From NCBI GenBank assembly GCA_964196025.1, contig CAXMRT010000214.1:5233-69232 (forward strand): 64,000 nt of DNA, read 5' to 3'. The notes beneath the pieces were generated by a model. The model saw only the letters and a list, made by a program, of their open reading frames with translations, had not been told where the DNA came from and searched no databases. Origin of the DNA: an uncultured Gemmatimonadales bacterium. Lineage in GTDB: Bacteria > Verrucomicrobiota > Kiritimatiellia > CAXMRT01. Position 1 is the stretch's first letter, and every line of letters begins with the position of its first letter. Positions 49,233 to 58,129 of this stretch are shown here, piece after piece. Position numbers and translations under genes: made by a program.

Positions 49233-51260
49233 TCAGTCACTCGGTTCGTGACTCTTGGGTGCATCGGGATCCTGCACACCTCGCCCATCATAATCAAACA
49301 GCACAATCTCCCCCGCGCGGACCTGCAACTCATTGTCATATAAAACGCGTGGCTCGGTCACACCATCAACGATAAGAAGCGCGCGGACATCATGGGTCCC
49401 CGGCTCAAGCTCCAGGTCATGACCAAACAAGACAAGTCGACCATCACGGCGAGGCTTCAAATGCTCACGCAAGGCCTCCTGTCCGTCTAGCTCGAGTAGC
49501 AAGGTATAATCAATCGGAACGCGAACGACTTTTTGAGGTAGCCGCATATGGGCAGGAGTCGAACTCAACTCTTCCTCGGTCCATGCCCGCGCAGACTCAA
49601 CACCGTTTCCCGGTAACTCAAGCATCAGTCTGAAAACGCCTTCTGTGGGCGCTGTCCCCAAGTCCTTCATACTCATGGCCGCGATCGCCAGTACGATGAC
49701 AGAATGCGCAATAGTGGTTCGCACAATAGACGACCAGCGCGCGGTCGGTGTTAAGGCTCCGCTCCCCGACTCCGCTGATTTTTCAAGCAAGCCTCTCACA
49801 TGGGTCTCTATCAGGCCATACTCAGAACCCGCAGCGGAGATCAGCTGTATGCGCGTAAGATCCGTATCTTGCGACAAATGCGGGCCCGCTCTCCCCAACA
49901 ATCGCCCCAGCGCAAGTTCATGGCCGCGCCGATTCACACAATTTTCCTCCGGACAGGACACCACTAGAACCGATGGGACTTTTTTCATGAGATGCTCAAC
50001 CGCGTAGGCATGCACGCTGCCTGTACAGGCCACCGCATAAGGACTTATTGAAGGATATCGGAGCGACAATTTGTGAACCGTATTCTGCATGCTGCGATTC
50101 GACTCACAATAGATCAGGCATAACTCCGGGATTTTCTCACCCAAGGCATCAAGATAGCGCTCAGCTGCCTGCAGTTGATCATCACCCTTGCGGCCCGGGG
50201 GACCCACATTATAATCGTCACAACTACCCGCACACAGACCGCAACTGACACACTTGGCGGGATTGACCATCGCAAATTGACGACGACTGCCATCGTCCCG
50301 CTTCAGCATATCAATGGCCTCAAACGGACAATCTTTATAACACTGCATGCAACCAGCACAGGCGTCCGTATCTACCGTAGATTTGCGTTCCGGCCGCCGG
50401 ACACGCCACCACCAAGGCACCATCAGAAGCCCCAGTGAGCATACAGTAAAACCCACGGCAACAACGCCCGGCCCCCAACGGTCCAACAGCGGCAACCAGA
50501 AACCGGAAAATAAATCCGTTGGAAGCCGTCCAGTTAAAGCCTGCAGATCGGCTTTTGGTAAAAGTGGGGCCGAGATCAGAACCGAGCAAATAAGCAATAC
50601 AACCAACAAGGGCACAAACACACTATTCATCGGCAGCCAACGCGCACGATTAAGCCGCGCGGTATGTATCCAGATACCGGTAACCATCACAAGGGGTATC
50701 GCCACATGCAGAAACAGGTTCATAAAGAAAAATGACCCCGTAAGAGGTTCTGCCCCGCTGAACGTACGCATAATCTGGTGATTAAGAAAGGGCGCCAAGG
50801 CGATCATTCTAGCGCCGGCATTTGCCAGCCATTGCCCATGGGTGTCCCACGCCATGACATACCCGGTCCACGTCGACAACATCAACGCAAACAATAAAAC
50901 CGACCCACTGATCCAGGCCAATACACGTGGCCCCCAAGTCCGCCCCTGTATCATCATTTGCACAACATGAAAAACAACCGCCACGATGGCGATATCCGTA
51001 GCATAACGATGCATCGCCCGAATCCAACGGCCGAGATAGGCCTGATCATGGATGCGTTGCAACGACTCATACGGGTGTGACACGCTGTAAAAAAAGACTA
51101 GATATAGTCCCGTAACAAGGAGGAGCAGGAGCATCCCGACAGCCAAGGTTCCGCTACGATAAAGTGGGTTGTAGGCCGAACGGTACAGCGTGTCAAATAA
51201 ACGGATCAGCGGTGCAGTTAGGCCTTCAAGCAGGCGTTGAAGGATCGTACGTTGTTTCAT
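49233..51260 (-). CDS. Membrane fusion protein: cytochrome b N-terminal-like domain + 2x[4Fe-4S] ferredoxin domain + C-terminal domain of unknown function
   Basis: About five TM helices with conserved His pairs (…RAMHRYATDIAIVAVVFHV…; …FLHVAIPLV…). Two Cys clusters (CAGCMQCYKDCP…, CVSCGLCAGSCDD), then a ~300-aa soluble domain. Its stop codon abuts the stop of the convergent sco gene (shared TGATCA). Confidence 0.55.
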   Translation of the reverse strand: MKQRTILQRLLEGLTAPLIRLFDTLYRSAYNPLYRSGTLAVGMLLLLLVTGLYLVFFYSVSHPYESLQRIHDQAYLGRWIRAMHRYATDIAIVAVVFHVVQMMIQGRTWGPRVLAWISGSVLLFALMLSTWTGYVMAWDTHGQWLANAGARMIALAPFLNHQIMRTFSGAEPLTGSFFFMNLFLHVAIPLVMVTGIWIHTARLNRARWLPMNSVFVPLLVVLLICSVLISAPLLPKADLQALTGRLPTDLFSGFWLPLLDRWGPGVVAVGFTVCSLGLLMVPWWWRVRRPERKSTVDTDACAGCMQCYKDCPFEAIDMLKRDDGSRRQFAMVNPAKCVSCGLCAGSCDDYNVGPPGRKGDDQLQAAERYLDALGEKIPELCLIYCESNRSMQNTVHKLSLRYPSISPYAVACTGSVHAYAVEHLMKKVPSVLVVSCPEENCVNRRGHELALGRLLGRAGPHLSQDTDLTRIQLISAAGSEYGLIETHVRGLLEKSAESGSGALTPTARWSSIVRTTIAHSVIVLAIAAMSMKDLGTAPTEGVFRLMLELPGNGVESARAWTEEELSSTPAHMRLPQKVVRVPIDYTLLLELDGQEALREHLKPRRDGRLVLFGHDLELEPGTHDVRALLIVDGVTEPRVLYDNELQVRAGEIVLFDYDGRGVQDPDAPKSHEPSD

Positions 51261-51265
51261 GTGGT

Positions 51266-52156
51266 TCAGTTCTCGCTTTCAAGTCTTCGGACGGCATCCG
51301 TTAACCATTGTACCCCTGGACTGTTAAAGGTATACGCGATGCGCCCTTGCGCATCCAATACATAGACCATCGGCGGATGATAAACATCCCCGTTCTGTTC
51401 ATTGCGACTAATCGGTACCTTGTACTCCCTTAGCACATTCAGTACCTCGTCAATCTCACCGGTATAAAATCGTGTTAACGGCCCCATTTCCCATTTCCCA
51501 GCAAACGATGTCATTTCGGTTTGACGGTCGCGCCAAGGGTCGAGCGACACCACCAGCATGGGCGTGTTATCATTAAGCTCCTCAGACGCTTCCTTCAGAT
51601 CATTAAGTAATGCCGGGCAAACAGTCGTACAATGCGAAAAGGCAAAGGTTAAAATAAGCGGACGCCCCTTGAAATCTGCAGGCCCGGTCACCTCTCCATG
51701 TTGATCATGCAGTCGGAAGTTAAATGCCGGATCCTGGGTCCGCAGATAATGCTCCGGTAACGGCTCTGTGTTACCGGACCCGTAATCGGCCCGCGCAAGT
51801 GCCAGGCCGACGGTCACCCGCTCAGACACCCATACCGCTTCAGTCGACACGCCAAGCACGCACAAAAGAATGGCGACCTTGCCAAGCCACGACCCATAGA
51901 GGGCTGCGCCCCCACTCTTCAACTCATCACGATAGACGAGGATAAGGGCCAGCAACAAGCTGAGCGGACTGCCAATCAGGACCGTCCAGCCGTAGGGCTC
52001 CGGTAAGCCTGACTCCGTGCGGCCGAAGCAGGCAGTCTGAGCCTGTAGCATCCACTCAGGGGTGGACTCCGGCATGCTGAAGAAGGCAAACCCCCAGAGA
52101 ACCATCGTGGCCGCTAGCCAGCCGGCCACAAGAAACATAGACGCTAGAGGGGGCAT
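51266..52156 (-). CDS. SCO1/SenC-family copper chaperone with N-terminal membrane domain
   Basis: Three N-terminal TM helices, then a thioredoxin-fold domain with FAFSHCTTVCP (CxxxC). Confidence 0.65.
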   Translation of the reverse strand: MPPLASMFLVAGWLAATMVLWGFAFFSMPESTPEWMLQAQTACFGRTESGLPEPYGWTVLIGSPLSLLLALILVYRDELKSGGAALYGSWLGKVAILLCVLGVSTEAVWVSERVTVGLALARADYGSGNTEPLPEHYLRTQDPAFNFRLHDQHGEVTGPADFKGRPLILTFAFSHCTTVCPALLNDLKEASEELNDNTPMLVVSLDPWRDRQTEMTSFAGKWEMGPLTRFYTGEIDEVLNVLREYKVPISRNEQNGDVYHPPMVYVLDAQGRIAYTFNSPGVQWLTDAVRRLESEN

Positions 52157-52165
52157 GACAAGCGC

Positions 52166-53896
52166 TTACCCAATCTTCCAGAGCTGCGCCAGCATTTTCC
52201 AGTTTACAAAGTAATAGAGGACAAAGAAGAACAGGAAGATCATAACCAGAATGAACGTACCTGGAGCACCCTTCTTATGAACAGCCTCGACCTCTGGACC
52301 CTCATGCACCTGAGCCGGCAAGGAAAGGACTCCTGGTGGCACGTGGCCGCGGGCGGCTTCAAGAGTCTCGCCATCAAACTTACGACCAAAAAATACAGAG
52401 GCCACAGTAATCAGCACATAGGAGACTAATCCGGTCACCGCAAGAATTCCGCCAATTCCCATACCCGCCTGCATAAGAGCAACGGCAGGGTTAAATTCAA
52501 CCTGGAACAGTGCGTCCGCGAAACTGGAGTCATAATGTCGGCGAGGGACACCGAACAGTCCCATAAAGGTCATGCTCACCGACATGAGCGTAATTCCGAC
52601 ACCGAATAGATACGGCTGAATCCGCGCCAGCTTATACATACGAATCTGCTTCTGAAAAATAAGCGGAATCAGATAGTAGGTCACCGCCATAAAGGACAAG
52701 GCGGTCCCCCCCACCACAGTTACATGGAAGTGGCCAGGAATTCTCATGGTGTTGTGGGCCATGATGTTGATCTGTTCCGTTCCGAGTGTCACACCGGTAA
52801 TTCCTCCAAGGAATCCGAAGATCACGAGCGAAAGAAACATTCCGGAAAAGCCTGGATCGCCCCAAGGCGCTTTCCGCAGCCACTCAAACGTGCCGTTAGT
52901 GTAGCCCCTTAAGCGCTGTCCCATTTCAATACCGGCGGGAACAGTAAAGCCATGAATCATGCTGGCAAGAACAGCCAAGTACATCGCGTAGCTGGTATTC
53001 CAAATTTTCCACGCTGGCCCCATACCAGGATCAACCAGAAGGTGATGCGCAGACGCCATGGAGATGAAGAGAATGTAGAGGAAAAAAGCCATACGACTGA
53101 TCTTCTCATTCAAGACGACCCCGCCGACGGTCAACCCAGCCAGCAGGTACCAAATCGACACCATTGCAGCCATGTTAATCTGCTGCGAGCAGTGACCCAG
53201 TCCCCAGAAAAGAAGACGGTAAACTTGCGGGTCGATCTCCATCAATCCCAGCGACCAGAGAAAGGTCGGAATGAAAATCAATGCGCCATGAACAAGCGTC
53301 ACCACGGCAATGATCGCCGCTGTCAGTGCGCCAAACGTAACCAACGGCATGCTGCCCGGATACGTCTTCTCTTTCTTGGCTACTAATATCGTGGCTATAA
53401 ACAGGGACGACCCTATTAATGCACCAACCGCAAAAAGAATAATTCCCAGATAATAAAGAGGGTGTGCTTTAAGAGGCGGGTAGGAGGTAAACGTCACATC
53501 AGCTCGGCCAGAGAAGACCATGATCTCCACCATGATAGCGCCCACCAGCATCAGGGCAAAAGCCACCCATCCCAATTTGGGTGCCGGTAATCGACAATTT
53601 AATATGATCGGTCCCGCAAAGTATAAAACCGACATCTCAAAAAAGATGATAAAGAATATCAACATATTGAGACCGTGAGCGGTCAACAGACGGTAATACC
53701 ACACCGGCGGCAGCAGATGCACAGCCTCCCAGCGGGTTAACACGAGTAATAGAGCAGAAATACCACCGATCAAAAGACAAACGACCGCGACAACCGCATT
53801 CCACTTGATTAGGGACTCTGCCTGGCTGTCGATCTTCAGACCTGACACCGGACATTGCCGGAATTTTCCGACGATTTTTTTTGTTAACTCACTCAC
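52166..53896 (-). CDS. Heme-copper oxidoreductase superfamily subunit I, divergent (active-site Tyr absent; candidate NO reductase)
   Basis: 12-TM protein. Helix-II heme His (LTAHGLNMLIFFIIFF), CuB His in WGLGHCSQQ (canonical W-x-G-HPEVY, here HCSQQ: Tyr replaced by Gln; encoded ~53180-53207), HH pair (SAHHLLVDPG), and helix-X H-x-H (GHFHVTVVGGT). Confidence 0.8.
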   Translation of the reverse strand: MSELTKKIVGKFRQCPVSGLKIDSQAESLIKWNAVVAVVCLLIGGISALLLVLTRWEAVHLLPPVWYYRLLTAHGLNMLIFFIIFFEMSVLYFAGPIILNCRLPAPKLGWVAFALMLVGAIMVEIMVFSGRADVTFTSYPPLKAHPLYYLGIILFAVGALIGSSLFIATILVAKKEKTYPGSMPLVTFGALTAAIIAVVTLVHGALIFIPTFLWSLGLMEIDPQVYRLLFWGLGHCSQQINMAAMVSIWYLLAGLTVGGVVLNEKISRMAFFLYILFISMASAHHLLVDPGMGPAWKIWNTSYAMYLAVLASMIHGFTVPAGIEMGQRLRGYTNGTFEWLRKAPWGDPGFSGMFLSLVIFGFLGGITGVTLGTEQINIMAHNTMRIPGHFHVTVVGGTALSFMAVTYYLIPLIFQKQIRMYKLARIQPYLFGVGITLMSVSMTFMGLFGVPRRHYDSSFADALFQVEFNPAVALMQAGMGIGGILAVTGLVSYVLITVASVFFGRKFDGETLEAARGHVPPGVLSLPAQVHEGPEVEAVHKKGAPGTFILVMIFLFFFVLYYFVNWKMLAQLWKIG

Positions 53897-53905
53897 TGTA
53901 GCCTC

Positions 53906-54454
53906 CTACTCTTCCACAATGACTTTGCCAACCATCAAATGATGACCCAGTCCGCAGAACTCGTTACAAATAATTTTATACTCACCAACATCATTGGGCG
54001 TCATCTTCAACCCGTAGTCATAGCCGGGAACAACTTGAATATTGACGTTCACAGGAAACAGACTAAATCCGTGATTCAAATCTGAACTCGAAAGATGAAT
54101 CGTATATTCGGCTCCCTTTTTGAGCTTCAGAATAGGTGTCCACTGCCACATCCTGCCGAGAAGATACACATCACTCCCTGGTGGCGGTTCGACAATTGGA
54201 ATTCCCTGCTCTTCTCCGACTTTGTACTCTTCCGTGAACGCCATAACTCTCTCGACGAATTTCGCCGGTTCGACTTTGGCTCGGATGCCGGTTGGGTTCT
54301 GGCCACCCAAGAGATGCCAGATAGGCATCATCGCAAAAAGCACCAGACACCAAATAAAGGATATGGTCACCCATATCTTTTCCTGCTTGGCTGCGGGCTT
54401 CCACCACACTCCCTCTGGGGGAACTATCCCAGAATGCATTTTTCTATCAGACAT
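53906..54454 (-). CDS. Heme-copper oxidase subunit II-like cupredoxin with intact CuA motif
   Basis: N-terminal TM helix, then a cupredoxin domain with H…C-x-E-x-C-G-x2-H-x2-M (SDLNHGFS…ICNEFCGLGHHLMVGK). Confidence 0.7.
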   Translation of the reverse strand: MSDRKMHSGIVPPEGVWWKPAAKQEKIWVTISFIWCLVLFAMMPIWHLLGGQNPTGIRAKVEPAKFVERVMAFTEEYKVGEEQGIPIVEPPPGSDVYLLGRMWQWTPILKLKKGAEYTIHLSSSDLNHGFSLFPVNVNIQVVPGYDYGLKMTPNDVGEYKIICNEFCGLGHHLMVGKVIVEE

Positions 54455-54469
54455 ATTAACTCCTTAGAA

Positions 54470-54619
54470 TCAGGGTAGTTTCGCCTCTGGAAGGCTTAAA
54501 ATTTCAACCATTCCCCAAATGGTGTAAAACGCAAACATCACCACCATTCCCAACACCAGCAAGAGGATGGGCTTCTCCATCATGCGCTGCCCGAAGGGTA
54601 TTTCTTCATTATCCGACAT
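54470..54619 (-). CDS. Unannotated 49-aa single-TM peptide, first gene of the oxidase-like operon
   Basis: ATG (54619) follows GGGGA. Translation MSDNEEIPFGQRMMEKPILLLVLGMVVMFAFYTIWGMVEILSLPEAKLP. Ends 15 nt before the subunit II start. Below the 60-aa cutoff of the ORF track. Confidence 0.4.
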   Translation of the reverse strand: MSDNEEIPFGQRMMEKPILLLVLGMVVMFAFYTIWGMVEILSLPEAKLP

Positions 54620-54804
54620 TTCATCCCCTTTGCTTATTTCCTAGTTTCATACCTTTTTATCTTAAATTAGCCCTAAGTCAACAAAATGTCTCAATAAAAA
54701 TGATTTTTGCGCCCGAATGACGCTTCGGGGCTCCTCGGAAACGAGAGCACCGACATTCACCAGGGCCAGCCCCCCAGAAGTTACTCTCTTCTGACCAACA
54801 GATG

Positions 54805-54874
54805 CTTGTGTAGTGCGTATGACCCAGTCTATCCGCCGGCGTCTTGACGAAGGAGGAAAGGGCTCGCGCCCCCA
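54805..54874. repeat. Palindromic intergenic element, copy 3 (truncated: right arm + tail only)
   Basis: CTTGTGTAGTGCGTATGACCC (54805-54825) plus a tail AGTCTATCCGCCGGCGTCTTGACGAAGGAGGAAAGGGCTCGCGCCCCC that is ~90% identical to 44409-44455. Confidence 0.7.
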
Positions 54875-54933
54875 TTTACCAAATGAACTCACCAGGGACG
54901 CCCCCGAAGACCCTACCAAAAAGGTGCCCTAGC

Positions 54934-54975
54934 TGTTCGATGTTCGATGTTCAACGTTCGATGTTCAACGTTCAA
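54934..54975. repeat. Tandem heptamer array YGTTCRA x6
   Basis: TGTTCGA TGTTCGA TGTTCAA CGTTCGA TGTTCAA CGTTCAA, read directly from the sequence. Confidence 0.8.
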
Positions 54976-55024
54976 CCGTCATCCCCTCCTCTCTGTACCG
55001 CTCGAAAGGACGCGTCAAACAGTC

Positions 55025-56539
55025 CTACTCCAACTCGTACTCTTTCCGTAAGGTCGCGAGCTTTCCCTTCATCAACTCGAACTGAGCCTGATATTCCGGG
55101 TTTCGGGAGAGGTCAGATACTTCGGTGGGATCCGTTTGTAGGTCAAACAAGTTGTATCCATCATCGGAATAGAAGTTGATCAGCTTGTAGCGCTCATCTC
55201 GCACCCCTTCATGCCGCGGCACGCCATGCTCACCTCCGTGCTCATAGTAGTGATAATACACCGCATCCCGCCACGGTGCTTTCACATCCGCAAAGAGGGG
55301 AAGCAGGCTCTCCCCTTGCACGTCTTCCGGAATGTCCAAACCCGCAGCATCAAGAAAGGTTGGCGCATAATCGATGTTCTGGATCAACTGTTCATACCGA
55401 GTCCCTGCGTTGATTCGCTCCGGCCACCGAATCAAAAACGGCATCTTCATGGACTCTTCAAACATCCACCGCTTGTCGTACCACCCATGTTCTCCCAGAT
55501 AAAACCCCTGGTCAGAACTATAAATAACAATCGTGTTCTCTTTCAATCCGTTCTCATCAAGATAGCTCAGCACACGGCCCACGTTCTCATCAACGGAATC
55601 AATACAACGCAAATAGTTCTTCACGTAACGCTGATACTTCCAGCGAAGGAGATCCTTGCCGGTCGGGGCCTCCTCAAGGAATGCGTTGTTGCGCGGTATC
55701 CAAACAGCATCCCATGCCTTCTGCTGCTCAGGATTCATTCGGAGATATTCGTAGTCCTTCTTTCGTCGCTCCCAGCGGCTAGCAAACGGAACCTTCTGCC
55801 GCACCCGCAGGTCATAGCTATAGTAGAGATACTTATCGAGCGACATTCTGTTTTTCTTGAGCGTCTTGCTCCGATTGCTGTAATCATCAAACAAAGTCGC
55901 GGGCTCGGGAATATCCACACCTTCATACTTCGCTAGATGCTTCAGGTCCGGCGCCCACGTACGATGCGGCGCCTTATACTGACAAAGAAGCAAGAATGGC
56001 TTTTCCTCATCCCGCTCATCCAACCACTTCAAACTCATGTCCGTCACCAGCGTCGTCGAGTAACCCGTGTATCTGGTCTGGCTTGTCGCGGTCATAAAGA
56101 CAGGGTTATAGTAGGAACCCTGATCAGGAAAAACTTCCCACGAGTCGAAACCCGTCGGCTCAGACTTTAGATGCCACTTGCCAAACACGCCGGTTTGATA
56201 ACCGCCCTTTTGCAAGGCTTGCGGGAAAGTGAACTGCGTATTATCGAATGAGGCCTTACCGAGATTGCCATAATAGTGGTTCTTGTGACTCATTTTACCC
56301 GTCACCACACTTGCTCGACTCGGGCCGCATATGGAATTGTTACAAAACGAGTTGATGAACACCGCACCTTCATCAGCCAGTCGATCAATATTCGGCGTCT
56401 TGTTTATTTTCGACCCATACGCACCAATCGATTGACAGGCATGATCATCGGTAAAAATGAAAAGAATATTCGGCTGCTTCCCAAATGAAACCAACGCGAA
56501 AAACGCCCCCACAATCATCAACAAACATCTAACCCACAT
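55025..56539 (-). CDS. S1-family sulfatase (Cys-type), secreted
   Basis: Signal peptide, ILFIFTDDHA, and formylglycine motif CGPSR (SICGPSRASVVTGK). Confidence 0.8.
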   Translation of the reverse strand: MWVRCLLMIVGAFFALVSFGKQPNILFIFTDDHACQSIGAYGSKINKTPNIDRLADEGAVFINSFCNNSICGPSRASVVTGKMSHKNHYYGNLGKASFDNTQFTFPQALQKGGYQTGVFGKWHLKSEPTGFDSWEVFPDQGSYYNPVFMTATSQTRYTGYSTTLVTDMSLKWLDERDEEKPFLLLCQYKAPHRTWAPDLKHLAKYEGVDIPEPATLFDDYSNRSKTLKKNRMSLDKYLYYSYDLRVRQKVPFASRWERRKKDYEYLRMNPEQQKAWDAVWIPRNNAFLEEAPTGKDLLRWKYQRYVKNYLRCIDSVDENVGRVLSYLDENGLKENTIVIYSSDQGFYLGEHGWYDKRWMFEESMKMPFLIRWPERINAGTRYEQLIQNIDYAPTFLDAAGLDIPEDVQGESLLPLFADVKAPWRDAVYYHYYEHGGEHGVPRHEGVRDERYKLINFYSDDGYNLFDLQTDPTEVSDLSRNPEYQAQFELMKGKLATLRKEYELE

Positions 56540-56684
56540 CTCTCACCTCCCAAAAACGATCCCAAACACTACCTCCCCATAGGAACAAGGGCAAGTGATC
56601 AGTCGCCTCCCCCCACTCCCGACGAGTTCTGGTCAGGTCCGAGACACCACGAAGGTCCCGCAGCGCGGCCGCCGACCGCGTCGT

Positions 56685-57077
56685 TTAGATCGAAGCGACA
56701 ATCATCGCGCCGATAGTGAGGCTCCACATACTCAACACATTCACCAGTGGAACAATCCAAGCGATGTGCCATGGCTTACGTTTTGGGAAAAAATAGACCC
56801 CCAGAATCCCCCAGGCCACACACCCATAGAGAATGATATATCCACTCAGCATCATTTCTTCGTCAGCGCTGTCTCCCACAAGGAAAAGACTCACCGGCCA
56901 GAACAAGCCCATCAACGCAATCACTGTCAACACGGGATGAAATACCGTTCGCCTCAACTGCAAAACAATCGACGTCCCCAACAACACAACCGTAAGCCCC
57001 AAACCCACCAGCCCAAAAAGCAAGTACCCATCATACCCCGCATAAATATGCGCAGGCCACATAAGCTCATCAATCAT
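56685..57077 (-). CDS. Hypothetical integral membrane protein
   Basis: 130-aa ORF with four hydrophobic helices. No family recognised. Confidence 0.4.
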   Translation of the reverse strand: MIDELMWPAHIYAGYDGYLLFGLVGLGLTVVLLGTSIVLQLRRTVFHPVLTVIALMGLFWPVSLFLVGDSADEEMMLSGYIILYGCVAWGILGVYFFPKRKPWHIAWIVPLVNVLSMWSLTIGAMIVASI

Positions 57078-57093
57078 TCATCCCACCTCCCGG

Positions 57094-57160
57094 TCAGTAT
57101 TCAGTGGTCAGTATTCAGTGGCCAGTATTCAGTGGCCAGTAAACAGTAATCAGTAATCAG
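57094..57160. repeat. 14-bp tandem repeat (YCAGTATTCAGTGG-like) about 4.8 copies
   Basis: TCAGTATTCAGTGG x2, CCAGTATTCAGTGG, CCAGTAAACAGTAA, TCAGTAATCAG. Confidence 0.8.
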
Positions 57161-57162
57161 AG

Positions 57163-57500
57163 CCGTCCGCACAACCCAAGCTAACGCATAACCCAATCCA
57201 GCTCGCCCACACACAGGCGAGCTCCTCCCGTGTTTTACGTCCGCCCAAAGGCGAGCGTAAATCGTGCCCCTTATGGGTGGCGCTTCGCGTCCCGCAGGGA
57301 TTTGTATTTCATGGGGCGGTGTTGTATTAGCTCCAAGCTTGCCACGCCGAACCGTCCGCACAACCCAAGCTAACGCATAACCCAAATCCAGCTCGCCCAA
57401 ACTCAGGCGAGCTCCTCCCGTGTTTTACGTCCGCCCAAAGGCGAGCGTAAATCGTGCCCCCTATGGGTGGCGCTTCGCGTCCCGCAGGGATTTTTTGTTG
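57163..57500. repeat. 189-bp period direct tandem duplication (two near-identical ~150-bp units) with internal hairpins
   Basis: Unit 1 spans 57163-57351 and unit 2 runs from 57352 to ~57500; over 95% identical across CCGTCCGCACAACCCAAGCTAACGCATAACCCAA…GGGTGGCGCTTCGCGTCCCGCAGGGATTT. Each unit contains the hairpin AGCTCGCC-(8 nt)-GGCGAGCT. A partial third copy sits at ~57633-57680. Confidence 0.8.
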
Positions 57501-57676
57501 GGGAGCCTGTGTTGCGTCAGATCCAAGGCGCTGATTGAATCGCTGCACTGGTGTGCGCGTTTCAGTCTGCAACGCAGGAGATGATGTGACACAGGCTCCC
57601 CAATAAAAAACGAAGCGCCACCCATTCGTGACCCAAGCCCCCACCCAAGCTAACGCAGAACCCAAGCTCTACGCCC

Positions 57677-58129
57677 TCAAGCGCCAACGGCCCGCGACAT
57701 TAGGTAGTGCTCACCAATCGTCGGTATCTCAAACGCCTCACCATGCGTCTCAAACCCCGCGCCCACATAGAAACCCTGCGCCGCCACCCGCGCATTGCAC
57801 CACAAGCGCGTCGCTCCAGCCTCAACCACATGCGCAACACAAGCCTCCAACACCGCTCGTCCAATACCCTGCCCTTGCAACTCCAAATCTACCGCCATGC
57901 CCCGCAAGCGCCAGACATCGGCCCCTGCAAACTGCTCATGCTCCTCACCAAACACCGAGCCGACGCCTACCAAATCATCATCCATCCACGCGCCAACATG
58001 CATCGCGCGCGCAGCATAATCATTGGGAAACACACTCTCCGACTCGGGCAAGCCTGGTCGCAAAATCTCACATCGCAAAGGGAGCGTCTGCTCAACCGTA
58101 ATCTGGGTAACCATCACTGAGCGACTCAT
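57677..58129 (-). CDS. GNAT-family N-acetyltransferase
   Basis: Acetyl-CoA binding block (RLRGMAVDLELQGQGIGRAVL). ATGA overlap with the upstream sulfatase-family gene. Confidence 0.7.
   Translation of the reverse strand: MSRSVMVTQITVEQTLPLRCEILRPGLPESESVFPNDYAARAMHVGAWMDDDLVGVGSVFGEEHEQFAGADVWRLRGMAVDLELQGQGIGRAVLEACVAHVVEAGATRLWCNARVAAQGFYVGAGFETHGEAFEIPTIGEHYLMSRAVGA

Noticed and set aside
57101-57665. ORFs 57101-57400 (-) and 57327-57665 (-) sharing peptide segments
   Set aside because: The shared sequence is explained by the 189-bp tandem DNA repeat. There is no RBS or start context, so these are likely non-coding.
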